Of a DNA stretch of 32,000 nucleotides, positions 18,458-27,564 are shown one piece after another. Every line of letters begins with the position of its first letter. Position 1 is the first letter of the stretch. Origin of the DNA: Granulosicoccaceae bacterium (GTDB taxonomy: Bacteria; Pseudomonadota; Gammaproteobacteria; Granulosicoccales; Granulosicoccaceae); the NCBI GenBank assembly GCA_965222695.1, contig OZ244967.1, positions 5,082,303-5,114,302 on the forward strand, in the 5' to 3' direction. The notes under the pieces were generated by a model, which ran no database searches, had not been told where the DNA came from, and saw only the letters and a program-made list of their open reading frames with translations. The translations under genes and the position numbers were made by a program.

Positions 18458-19237
18458 ATGTGTCTGATCACATTCGCGTATAAAATCCACCCGATTTATA
18501 ATCTGATAGTTGTCGCCAATCGGGATGAATTTTTTGACCGCGAAACACGTCCGGCCCATCAATGGGAAAATCCTCCGGGAATCTATGGCGGACAGGATCT
18601 GCGGCAGGGCGGAACCTGGTTGGGTATAAACACCGAAGGAAAATTTACCGCTGTAACAAATTACAGGGATGGAACTAAGCTGCAGGAAGGTAAAAAGTCG
18701 CGAGGCTTGCTTGCCCGGGATTATCTCAGTACGGGCAAACCTGCGCCGGACTACCTTTCCGAACTTCAATCGCGGGCCAATCAATTCGGCGGATTTAATC
18801 TGCTTTGCGGCGATGTCTGCGGCTTGTTTTATTTGTCGAATGCCGGAGGGGAATACAGCAAGTTGCAGGCAGGCCTGTACGGACTGAGCAATGCATACCT
18901 GGACGTGGATTGGCCAAAAGTGAAAAAGGCGAAAAGCAATCTGCAGATGCTATTGAATCACCGGCACATGGAGCCGCGGGAACTCATGCAGATAATGCAT
19001 GATCCACAAACTGCAAGCGATGAAGAATTGCCGGATACCGGCATCAGTTATGAATGGGAAAAACAACTGTCATCCCAGTTTATCCGGGTCGACGGCTACG
19101 GAACGCGTTGCACGACCGTGATACTGCAGGAGTATTCGGGAAAAACCGTGTTTTTTGAACAAGAGTTTTCACAGGAAGGGGCCGGAAGCAGCAGCACCAG
19201 GGAATTCGATTTGAATTGCGTAGGTGAGCATGAATAA
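18458..19237 (+). CDS. NRDE-family protein (DUF833 / TANGO2-like)
   Basis: N-terminal MCLITFAY...VVANRDEF (N-terminal Cys plus the NRDE motif), at the typical ~260 aa length. Confidence 0.85.
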   Translation: MCLITFAYKIHPIYNLIVVANRDEFFDRETRPAHQWENPPGIYGGQDLRQGGTWLGINTEGKFTAVTNYRDGTKLQEGKKSRGLLARDYLSTGKPAPDYLSELQSRANQFGGFNLLCGDVCGLFYLSNAGGEYSKLQAGLYGLSNAYLDVDWPKVKKAKSNLQMLLNHRHMEPRELMQIMHDPQTASDEELPDTGISYEWEKQLSSQFIRVDGYGTRCTTVILQEYSGKTVFFEQEFSQEGAGSSSTREFDLNCVGEHE

Positions 19238-19266
19238 TATCCGGTCAAACACATCTAGGCTTCACT

Positions 19267-19962
19267 GTGCCTGACATTCTGGTGCAATGCACGGATCTTC
19301 ACTACGCTTACAAGGATGCCGGTAAGCCGAGACAGGTTCTCAAAGGTATCAAGCTCAGAATTGCCCGAGGCGAATCCATCGCGCTGCTTGGCGCCAGTGG
19401 CGCGGGCAAATCGACGCTGCTGAATCTGCTCGGCGGAATAGACCGGCCCGAATCCGGGGATGTGATTATCGACCGGCAATCTCTGCGCCGTATGGCGGAG
19501 CCGGAGTTGACTTTATTCCGGCGTTCCCGGATTGGATTTATCTACCAGCTGTTTAATCTGATTCCCACATTGACAGTGGCCGAGAATATCGGGCTTCCGC
19601 TGGAGCTGGCCGGAGTCAACCGGTCTCGCAGACGGGAATATACCGATCTGTGGTTGCAGCGGGTGGGTCTGGCAGGACGTGATGCGGCATTTCCGGATCA
19701 ATTATCCGGAGGCGAACAGCAACGGGTGGCGATTGCCCGTGCCCTGGTTCACCGGCCTGCCTTGGTGCTGGCCGATGAACCGACCGGAAATCTCGACGCA
19801 AACACCGGCCGGCGAATTCTCGATTTATTGTTTCAGCTTGCGTCGGATGATCAACAGACATTGTTTATCGTCACTCACAGTGAAGCCGTAGCCGCCCGGG
19901 CCGAACGACTCCTGCAGCTGCATTCAGGCCGGGTGAGTGAACTGACAGCGGCGGGACAATGA
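19267..19962 (+). CDS. ABC transporter ATP-binding protein (MacB/LolD-like)
   Basis: GTG start. Walker A GASGAGKST, signature LSGGEQQR, Walker B LVLADEPT. Confidence 0.92.
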   Translation: MPDILVQCTDLHYAYKDAGKPRQVLKGIKLRIARGESIALLGASGAGKSTLLNLLGGIDRPESGDVIIDRQSLRRMAEPELTLFRRSRIGFIYQLFNLIPTLTVAENIGLPLELAGVNRSRRREYTDLWLQRVGLAGRDAAFPDQLSGGEQQRVAIARALVHRPALVLADEPTGNLDANTGRRILDLLFQLASDDQQTLFIVTHSEAVAARAERLLQLHSGRVSELTAAGQ

Positions 19963-19969
19963 GTACGCA

Positions 19970-22489
19970 ATGCTGAAAGCAAGTCTGTTTCTTGCCGGCA
20001 TAAGATTCTTCCTGCATCATCCCTGGCAATTGTTACTCGCACTGATCAGCGTTGCCATAGGTTCATCGGTAATGATTGCCGTGGATCTGGCCAACGAAAG
20101 TGCCAGGCTTTCCTTTAGCCGTTCCGTCGATGCCGTGGCCGGCAACAGTACGCACAGGATAGTCGCAAATCAGGGGATTGACGAATCCTTTTACACAAAA
20201 TTGCGGGTCGATGGCGGGTTCCGCAAGCTTGCCCCCATCGTAGAGGGGCAGTTTATTTACCGGGGAGAACACTATCTGTTGCTCGGCGTTGATCCGTTCG
20301 CTGCACCCTTGTTTTCCCTGGGCGATGAAGCTCTGTCACTTGACGTGATCAGGACACTGTTGCTGAGGCCGCGAACCTTCCTGACGACTCAATCCACCGC
20401 CGAAAGACTGGGTTTGGACGGACCGGGAGATACATTGCCGGTACATATCACTGAAAAAACGCAAACTCTGGAACTCGCCGCTTACCTGCCATCGTCGCAG
20501 CAATACCTGATGGAGAATGTACTTCTGGCGGATATAGGCAGTGCCCAGGAAATACTGTCTAAACAGGGTTTCCTTGATCGGATAGAGCTGCAGCTGCATA
20601 CCGATCGCCTTGAAAGGCTACGCGGTTTTCTGGACCCCCGAATGCGAATCGAACCCAGCCGGATGCGCAGCCAGGCTCTGGATCAGATGACGGCGGCATT
20701 TCGAACGAATTTATCTGCCATGAGCCTGCTGGCTGTGCTTATCAGCGCGTTTCTGGTGTATAACACGATACGATTTACAGTGATACAACGCCGCCAGCAT
20801 TTTGCCGTCGAGCGAATGCTCGGCGTTACCGGCAGGCAATTGGCAGCCCATATATTCATTGAGGCCCTGGTGCTTGCGGCTGTAGGGGCTCTGGCCGGGT
20901 GCTTTCTCGGCGTCATTCTCGGTCAGGGGCTTTTGATATTGATAAGCCGGGCCATCAGCGATTTATACACCTCAATCGATTTTTCTGTATTGACCCTGCA
21001 GCCACTGCTGCTGGCAAAAGGCCTTGGCATAACGCTGCTTGCAGTGTTATTGGCGGCCGTGAACCCGGCTTTGGAAGCCGCGCGTGTCAGTCCCGTAGAT
21101 GTCCACCGGCGATCCAGCCTGGAGTCGGCCGGCAGGCGTTATTTACTTCCGTTTGTGACTGGCGGGGCTGTCATGGCGGCGCTCTCGGCGGTGATGATGT
21201 TCTGGGCGCAGCGAAGTCTGTTAATCGGCTTTGCTGCACTGTTTTTAATGGTCGCCGCATATAGCTTGTGCATCCCGATATTGACCGAGCTGAGCCTTCA
21301 TTGTTTGAATCGTCTCGGAGCCGGCAGAAATGTGATTTGGTCCATGGCGGTTCGGGGGATCCAACGCGCCGCCAGCCGGATAAATCCCGCGATTACCGCC
21401 TTGACAATCGCAGTGTCTGCAACTGTGGGTGTCGGCATTATGATCAGTTCATTCCGGGTGACCGTGGATGATTGGCTGTCACTGACTCTGCAAAGCGATA
21501 TCTATGTTTCCGCCGCCCGGATTGACGAGGCTGCTGACCGGGATCCTTTGGATGTCTATTGGCAGGATGCGGTACGAAAATTAGAAGGTGTCCGGTCGAT
21601 CAGCACGGGGACCGAACGTACCGTATTTGTTTTCGGATCCCCCGTACCCATGCTGATTTTACAAGCCGGTCAGCACAGTGCGGGCGGATTTCGATTTCTG
21701 GAGGGAGAGAGTGACAAAATATGGGACGCATTTCAGAATAAGGGTGCGGTTTTGGTCTCAGAGCCCCTGGCCTGGCATCACCGGCTTAAGCCCGGTGATT
21801 CGATTTCTTTGTCACTTGATTCCGGTCCAGAGCACAGCCTGACCATTGCCGGGGTTTATCAGGATTACAGCGCTACTCAGGGAATGCTGGTCATGGCCCG
21901 CGAGCATTTTTCCAGGCTTTGGTTCGCTCCTGAAATTATCACCGTCGGCCTCTACCTTGACGAATCAACGGATGCAGGTTTTGTCCGCCGCCAGCTCAGC
22001 GAGCTCAGCGGCGATACGGTTCAGCCGATTCGGATAAGCTCCAACCGGGAAATTCGCGATCGTTCCCTGAAAATCTTTGACCGAACATTTGCAATTACTG
22101 AAGTACTTCGATTGTTAGTGTTGATCGTCGCCTTTGTGGGGGTATTCAGTGCTTTGATGGCATTGTATTTGGAAAAAAGCTACGAATACGCGGTTTTACG
22201 CGCTACCGGCATGACACAGTGGCAACTCAGTCGGCTAATATTTTTGCAGACTTGTATTACCGGATCGATCGCCGGCCTGCTCGCTTTGCCTTTGGGCTGG
22301 CTGCTGTCGGAAGTTCTTATCCATGTCATTAACAAAAGATCATTCGGCTGGTCTATGTATGCCCATCTGCCTTTGCCGGTGTTCATTCACGCTCTGGTTC
22401 TGTCCGTTTGTGCAGCTCTGGCCGCTGCGGTATACCCGGTGGTCCGGATTGTCAAGACATCCATCAGTACCGGGCTGCGAAACTCATGA
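19970..22489 (+). CDS. ABC transporter permease with duplicated FtsX-type domains
   Basis: 839 aa with two blocks of 4 TM helices separated by large periplasmic loops. It starts 7 nt after the ATPase stop. Confidence 0.85.
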   Translation: MLKASLFLAGIRFFLHHPWQLLLALISVAIGSSVMIAVDLANESARLSFSRSVDAVAGNSTHRIVANQGIDESFYTKLRVDGGFRKLAPIVEGQFIYRGEHYLLLGVDPFAAPLFSLGDEALSLDVIRTLLLRPRTFLTTQSTAERLGLDGPGDTLPVHITEKTQTLELAAYLPSSQQYLMENVLLADIGSAQEILSKQGFLDRIELQLHTDRLERLRGFLDPRMRIEPSRMRSQALDQMTAAFRTNLSAMSLLAVLISAFLVYNTIRFTVIQRRQHFAVERMLGVTGRQLAAHIFIEALVLAAVGALAGCFLGVILGQGLLILISRAISDLYTSIDFSVLTLQPLLLAKGLGITLLAVLLAAVNPALEAARVSPVDVHRRSSLESAGRRYLLPFVTGGAVMAALSAVMMFWAQRSLLIGFAALFLMVAAYSLCIPILTELSLHCLNRLGAGRNVIWSMAVRGIQRAASRINPAITALTIAVSATVGVGIMISSFRVTVDDWLSLTLQSDIYVSAARIDEAADRDPLDVYWQDAVRKLEGVRSISTGTERTVFVFGSPVPMLILQAGQHSAGGFRFLEGESDKIWDAFQNKGAVLVSEPLAWHHRLKPGDSISLSLDSGPEHSLTIAGVYQDYSATQGMLVMAREHFSRLWFAPEIITVGLYLDESTDAGFVRRQLSELSGDTVQPIRISSNREIRDRSLKIFDRTFAITEVLRLLVLIVAFVGVFSALMALYLEKSYEYAVLRATGMTQWQLSRLIFLQTCITGSIAGLLALPLGWLLSEVLIHVINKRSFGWSMYAHLPLPVFIHALVLSVCAALAAAVYPVVRIVKTSISTGLRNS

Positions 22490-23592
22490 AAGAAACGTTA
22501 TTTGCTCTGATGCTGATCATGTCGATCCCGGCTTGTAAAGAGGAGATGGCGGCGGAGACGGATCTCAGCGCTCTGTTGGCCGGATCGGCGGATACAGGAT
22601 TTCTGCGGGCAATACATCCAAGAGAATTCAGCTTCCCTGCCGACCATGCCGCACATACCGGATTCCGTAATGAGTGGTGGTATTTTAGTGGAAACCTGGA
22701 GAGTGTGAAGGGGCACAAATTTGGTTATCAGCTGACTTTTTTTCGGATTGCATTAAGCTCGGAAATGCCTGAACGGCAATCGGAATGGGTCGGCACTCAT
22801 ATGTGGATGGCACATATTGCATTAAGCGATATCACGAACCGGCAGCATTATCACGATCAGCGTTTCTCGCGTGAGGCGGTAAACTTATCCGGCGTGGAGA
22901 CTGATCCGTTGAGAATCTGGCTGGAAGACTGGCGGTTAGCGACGTCTCCCAATACCCTTTTCCCCTGGCACATAACGGCCGGAAACGACCGCTTTGTGTT
23001 TAACCTGAGCCTTGAACCGGAAAAACTCCCAGTGTTACAGGGAGAGCAGGGCTTGAGTCGCAAGGGAGAAGAAGCGGGAAACGCGTCTTACTACTATTCG
23101 ATCACAAGACTCAGGACTCAGGGAGAGATTGAGCTGAACGGCGTAAATCATAAAGTCAAAGGGCAGAGTTGGCTTGATCGGGAGTGGAGTACGAGCGTGT
23201 TATCGCCGCAACAGGCTGGATGGGACTGGTTCTCCCTGCAGTTGGACGACGGCCGCGATTTGATGTTTTACCGGATACGGAGAAAATCCGGAAAAGTCGA
23301 TCCGCACAGTGCCGGCAGTATTGTAGCCGCGGACGGCAGTGCCAGCGCCTTATCGGCAGATCAGGTCGATTTGGAGGTACTGGATAGCTGGCGTTCATCC
23401 TCGGGTAAAGACTACCCGGTAGTGTGGAGGATGCGAATAGACGGAGAGCCCCGGGATTGGAAAATACAGGCCGCTTTTAATGATCAGGAGATGAGTACCG
23501 GAATCAATTATTGGGAAGGGGCGGTTGTCCTTTATGATAATCTGAGCGGAGAAGTGCTGGGACAGGGATATCTTGAAATGACAGGTTATTAG
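22486..23592 (+). CDS. AttH/CrtC-like lipocalin-domain lipoprotein
   Basis: The ATG at 22486 overlaps the permease stop (ATGA). Lipoprotein signal MKETLFALMLIMSIPA|C. Motifs NEWWYFSGNL, WMAHIALSD, SYYYSITRL, GQSWLDREWS, GINYWEGAV are typical of the hydroxyneurosporene-synthase-like / AttH family. Confidence 0.8.
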   Translation: MKETLFALMLIMSIPACKEEMAAETDLSALLAGSADTGFLRAIHPREFSFPADHAAHTGFRNEWWYFSGNLESVKGHKFGYQLTFFRIALSSEMPERQSEWVGTHMWMAHIALSDITNRQHYHDQRFSREAVNLSGVETDPLRIWLEDWRLATSPNTLFPWHITAGNDRFVFNLSLEPEKLPVLQGEQGLSRKGEEAGNASYYYSITRLRTQGEIELNGVNHKVKGQSWLDREWSTSVLSPQQAGWDWFSLQLDDGRDLMFYRIRRKSGKVDPHSAGSIVAADGSASALSADQVDLEVLDSWRSSSGKDYPVVWRMRIDGEPRDWKIQAAFNDQEMSTGINYWEGAVVLYDNLSGEVLGQGYLEMTGY

Positions 23593-23665
23593 CCGGACAT
23601 GTCTTCCGGAACCTTTATCTCTATACAATCATCGCGTTCCCATGCGGAATTTCGGGGACGCCAGC

Positions 23666-24412
23666 TTACAGTCCGACCTTACGGAATTGAACGATATTGC
23701 CCCGGATGTCCCTTAAGTACATAAATCCACCTTCGGTTCTGACTTGGTAGAGCAATGTCTGATTGAGTTGAGGCATATAGAGGTTAAGCAGATCTCCATT
23801 CGATGTTACAAGGCCCGGCAGAAGTCCCTGACGGGATATTAATCGAAAATTGGTATCCTGGATATGCAAATGTTCGCCGGACCTTGCCTGCCACTGGCCA
23901 TTGAGCCAGAAATTACCGGGACTGGACTGTACAAGCGGAGAGTGTTGGAATCCGCCGTTACCGAACGGACTCGCGAACAAAGAATCAGACGGTATACCCC
24001 AGTTGTTCAAGGGTAGTCCGTAAGGGTTCCAGGCTTGGCTGGAAAGGCCCGGATAGCCCCAAGAACCATAGCTGCTTCCCGGATAAAGCCCGTTGTTGGC
24101 GAACAGCCCTGAATAGGCAGGATATGAATATGCGGATGTCCAGGGTGTTGCACCCGCAAAAGCCCAAGGATTACTGCCCGGGTAAGCATAAGGAGAATTG
24201 ATCAGCAATTGTGAAATGTAGTTTGCCATGGCGCTCATCATGCTGAGCATTGTCGCCATTGCGGGCGTCATCGGTTCAGTGCTTGCTGTGTTCGGCTGGC
24301 TCAATAGCAGAAAAGACACAACGCCCGCGCCGATACATTTTCGGCATTGCCCGATACAGTTTCTGACCCTTTGAGTAAGTTGATTCCAGCGAACTTGTCT
24401 CATACCACGCAA
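23666..24412 (-). CDS. exported low-complexity (G/Y/P/N/S/W-rich) hypothetical protein
   Basis: 248-aa ORF with signal-like CIGAGVVSFLLLSQPNTAST, a Met-rich stretch, an aromatic/Gly/Pro-rich middle, and a ~90-aa C-terminal beta-like domain. Confidence 0.55.
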   Translation of the reverse strand: MRGMRQVRWNQLTQRVRNCIGQCRKCIGAGVVSFLLLSQPNTASTEPMTPAMATMLSMMSAMANYISQLLINSPYAYPGSNPWAFAGATPWTSAYSYPAYSGLFANNGLYPGSSYGSWGYPGLSSQAWNPYGLPLNNWGIPSDSLFASPFGNGGFQHSPLVQSSPGNFWLNGQWQARSGEHLHIQDTNFRLISRQGLLPGLVTSNGDLLNLYMPQLNQTLLYQVRTEGGFMYLRDIRGNIVQFRKVGL

Positions 24413-24497
24413 CCGTTTATTGATCCGTCAGAATACCCGTCTTCGTCTGTGTCACTGATAATGACACGGCAATGCAGTTTACATGCCTGTGCACAGA

Positions 24498-25391
24498 TCA
24501 ATCACACTCCGCCAGCATCCACTCGACAAACAACTTCACCCTGGCGGCCTGAGGGGATTGTTTGCGATACAGGGCCAGCATGTGTTTTCCGGTATCGAGT
24601 ACCTGGTCATCGAACAGTCTTTTGAGTACGCCGTTTTGCAGGTCCTGCAGCACCATTTCGAGTAAAATCAAGGCAACGCCATAGCCGGCAATCGCCGGTT
24701 CAAAGAGCTGCGTCTGGCTATCATACTGAAAAACCGCTTGACGCCTGAGCGACGGGGGCTCGGGATATTTTTTAAACCAGCAATGCCACTGATGGCCTTC
24801 TGTCAAAGTGTCCTCCAGCAACGGTATGTGAGGCGGCAGTTTTCCGGACTCGCGCCAATGTCTATACAGATCATTGGAGCATACCGGCGTCAGATGCAGG
24901 TCGAATAAGACAACACACTGCTGCCGATTATCGAGTAAGCCGTCCGTGCTGGCGTAGCGAATCAGCAGATCATGATCGCTGCCGACCGGATCCGCCCGCT
25001 GGCTGGTGGGATGGATGTTCAACTCAATATCCGGATATGCGTCATAGAATTTATGCAATCGCGGCATCAGCCATCGGCTGACAAAGATCGGAGCCGCGCT
25101 GATGCGTAGCGTGGAGTTTGCCCTTTCGTGCTTCAACTGATCGGTTGCATGATCGATCAGCGCCATCGCCCTGGATACCTCCTGATAATAAAACCGGCCT
25201 GCCTCGCTCAGCCGTATTTTTCGTTCGTGCCGGATAAAAAGTGCCTGTCCCAGATAGTTTTCCAGCAGCTTTATTTGATGGCTGACTGCTGACGCAGTCA
25301 CGTTCAATTCCCCGGAGGCACGCCTGAAATTGAGCAGGCGCGCTGCCGACTCAAATGTACGTATGGCTTTGAGAGGTGGATTGTTTTTCAT
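24498..25391 (-). CDS. LysR-family transcriptional regulator (GcvA-like)
   Basis: N-terminal wHTH LKAIRTFESAARLLNFRRASGELNVTASAVSHQIKLLENYLG. Start at 25391 (MKNNPPL) or 25412. Confidence 0.9.
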   Translation of the reverse strand: MKNNPPLKAIRTFESAARLLNFRRASGELNVTASAVSHQIKLLENYLGQALFIRHERKIRLSEAGRFYYQEVSRAMALIDHATDQLKHERANSTLRISAAPIFVSRWLMPRLHKFYDAYPDIELNIHPTSQRADPVGSDHDLLIRYASTDGLLDNRQQCVVLFDLHLTPVCSNDLYRHWRESGKLPPHIPLLEDTLTEGHQWHCWFKKYPEPPSLRRQAVFQYDSQTQLFEPAIAGYGVALILLEMVLQDLQNGVLKRLFDDQVLDTGKHMLALYRKQSPQAARVKLFVEWMLAECD

Positions 25392-25447
25392 AATATGATG
25401 AATAAAATTCAATATAAGGATGAAATAATATCGCTTTAAGTATATGT

Positions 25448-25462
25448 ATTAGCGTAGATAAT
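25448..25462. promoter_or_regulatory. candidate LysR box (T-N11-A dyad ATTAGCGTAGATAAT)
   Basis: ATTA-N7-TAAT dyad containing a T-N11-A core, located in the divergent region between the LysR gene and the 87-aa ORF. Confidence 0.3.
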
Positions 25463-25491
25463 TATACCTGTATAGTGAAAACAGGAAAGCA

Positions 25492-25755
25492 ATGATGTAT
25501 AGAAAATTTGAACTGTCAGATTTTACATCGGATATACTGAATGATGAATCTGCATTCGAGGATGGTGATTCAGCAGCCACATCCGGGGTTGAAACCCAGG
25601 CTCTGTGCGGTTGGTTGGAGGTATCTATCGACTATCCGTACTATGAAAAACTGGCGCACGCTTACCGCTCCGAGAAAGCTCATCGATTGATTGCCGCTGC
25701 CCAGCGCAATCTCAAGGCCATGATCAGGAGACTGCGGTCTCTGACCACTCGATGA
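25492..25755 (+). CDS. small hypothetical protein (87 aa), divergent from the LysR gene
   Basis: ORF with an AGGAAAG Shine-Dalgarno-like sequence upstream. No recognisable motif. Confidence 0.45.
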   Translation: MMYRKFELSDFTSDILNDESAFEDGDSAATSGVETQALCGWLEVSIDYPYYEKLAHAYRSEKAHRLIAAAQRNLKAMIRRLRSLTTR

Positions 25756-25815
25756 TGGACATCGAATGTCAGTAGCTATCTGCAGAGTGTGTGTGGATTT
25801 GCGCCTGCTGAATTT

Positions 25816-26271
25816 CTATTCTTCAGCTCGCAGCCACTGCTGTGTGCGGAACAGGAATAACAGATGCCCTCTCACCCTCAGTTTTCCGTCCTCGAGCCAT
25901 AATGAGCAACGATATTCCTTTCCGTTTTCCGGATCCAGAATTTTCCCCCCTTGCCATTTCTTTTTGCCCGGCTTCTTCTCCATACCGGAGAGAATGGTCA
26001 TACCGATAATTTTTTTCCCATAACGCGGATCCTGGTGCGGGCAAAGATCACACACGGGATCGGGGGCTTCTCCGGGTCTGAAATAAATCTTGACAATATC
26101 GCCATAGAGTTTGCCCTGTTCCAGGTATAATCTAACCACGGATCTCGGCTTCCCGCTTTTGTCATCGACGGTTGTCCAAAGGCCGGTTACATCCTCAACA
26201 TCTGCATGGCCTGGAAACGCTAAGAGAATTGAAATATAAAACACCAAAATCAAAGTGAGGGATTTATGCAT
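25816..26271 (-). CDS. DUF2147-domain periplasmic protein
   Basis: Signal peptide, then GLWTTVDDKSGKPRSVV...LYGDIVKI...C..C...IIGMTIL...WQGGKILDPENGKEYRCSLWLEDGKLRVRG, which matches the DUF2147 pattern. Confidence 0.8.
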   Translation of the reverse strand: MHKSLTLILVFYISILLAFPGHADVEDVTGLWTTVDDKSGKPRSVVRLYLEQGKLYGDIVKIYFRPGEAPDPVCDLCPHQDPRYGKKIIGMTILSGMEKKPGKKKWQGGKILDPENGKEYRCSLWLEDGKLRVRGHLLFLFRTQQWLRAEE

Positions 26272-26486
26272 GTTTGTATCCGCCGAAGAAGTTCACAGTA
26301 AAACTGTGGTCATGTTTTCAATATAGGGTGTAGCATTTTTTATGCTAAATTCAGCTGCAGGGCTTGCAGTGACTCCATAGATATATTCAACAGGCCCTGA
26401 CTATACTATCGTTTATTCACAGGCTCCCGGAGGTTAATTGAAATGTTATGGGCAAAATCCGGTCGCATTCCTTCCCGGAGTGATTT

Positions 26487-27437
26487 ATGAACAATCTGTT
26501 TCCGCCGATTCAACCCAATCAGGACTATTTTCTTGAAGTGGACGATTTGCACACAATTTATGTCGAGGAAAGTGGAAATGCTCTGGGAATTCCGGTGGTT
26601 TACTTGCACGGCGGGCCGGGCGTGGGCAGCGAAGCGTTTCAACGGCAGCTGTTCGATCCGCAACACTATCGCATTGTACTATTTGATCAAAGGGGCTGTG
26701 GCCGGTCAAAACCGCATGCGGAATTACAGAGAAATACAACTCCACATCTGATCGCGGATATGGAACAGATCCGCCGGCATCTGAAGATTGATCGCTGGTT
26801 GGTGGCGGGAGGCTCCTGGGGCAGCACGCTTTCATTGGCCTATGCGCAGCAGCATCCGGAGCGCGTCCTCGGCCTGATCGTGAGAGGGATATTTCTGGCC
26901 ACTCAAAAGGAGCTTGATTGGCTGTACAGCGATGGCGCCAGCGGGGTATTTCCCGATCATTGGGAAAAGTTCAAAGATGCCATACCTTTAGCCGAGCAGG
27001 GGAATCTGCTCGAGGCCTATCATCAGCGACTTATCGGTACCGATGAGCTGTTGCGGATGAAGGCGGCAAAAAACTGGTCGATGTGGGAAGCAAGGATTGC
27101 AACCTTGCTACCCGATAAGCATATACTTGAGAATTTCGCCGATCCTCACAATGCAATCAGCATTGCCCGTATCGAGACGGACTATTTTGTTCATCAATGC
27201 TATCTCGAAGAAGGGCAGCTTCTGACCAATATGGACAGAATCACTGATATTCCCGGAATGATCGTTCATGGACGCTATGACATGATTTGCCCGCTGGAAC
27301 AAGCCTGGAATTTGCATAAATCCTGGCCTATGTCAGAGCTTTGTATCGTGCCGGGAGCAGGCCACGTGGCTTCAGAGCCAGGCATAAGCAGAGCATTGAT
27401 CAGCGCTTCAAACAAGATGATTGGCAAACTTAAGTAA
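26487..27437 (+). CDS. pip: prolyl aminopeptidase (proline iminopeptidase)
   Basis: YLHGGPG, FDQRGCGRS and GGSWGSTL (nucleophile elbow), at the family-typical 316 aa. Confidence 0.92.
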   Translation: MNNLFPPIQPNQDYFLEVDDLHTIYVEESGNALGIPVVYLHGGPGVGSEAFQRQLFDPQHYRIVLFDQRGCGRSKPHAELQRNTTPHLIADMEQIRRHLKIDRWLVAGGSWGSTLSLAYAQQHPERVLGLIVRGIFLATQKELDWLYSDGASGVFPDHWEKFKDAIPLAEQGNLLEAYHQRLIGTDELLRMKAAKNWSMWEARIATLLPDKHILENFADPHNAISIARIETDYFVHQCYLEEGQLLTNMDRITDIPGMIVHGRYDMICPLEQAWNLHKSWPMSELCIVPGAGHVASEPGISRALISASNKMIGKLK

Positions 27438-27564
27438 TAAGATCCGCAATCGCTGTTTCAATGAGACTTCAAACCCGGTCATCGCTTGTGGCACTGATTC
27501 GAATTCGAGTAACAGCCTGTGCGCAATTCACGCCATTGCGCTAAAAAAAGAAGGTAAATAATAA

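Noticed and set aside
22408-22485. Upstream extension of the AttH-like ORF (MCSSGRCGIPGG...)
   Set aside because: It overlaps the permease C-terminus. The ATG at 22486 gives an ATGA-coupled start and a proper lipoprotein signal peptide.
25766-26023. 85-aa + strand ORF
   Set aside because: It is antisense to the well-supported DUF2147 gene and has an implausible composition.
27519-27539. 7-bp-stem hairpin GCGCAAT-N7-ATTGCGC after pip, considered as a terminator
   Set aside because: It is followed by an A-run rather than a T-run on the pip strand. On the opposite strand no gene ends there.
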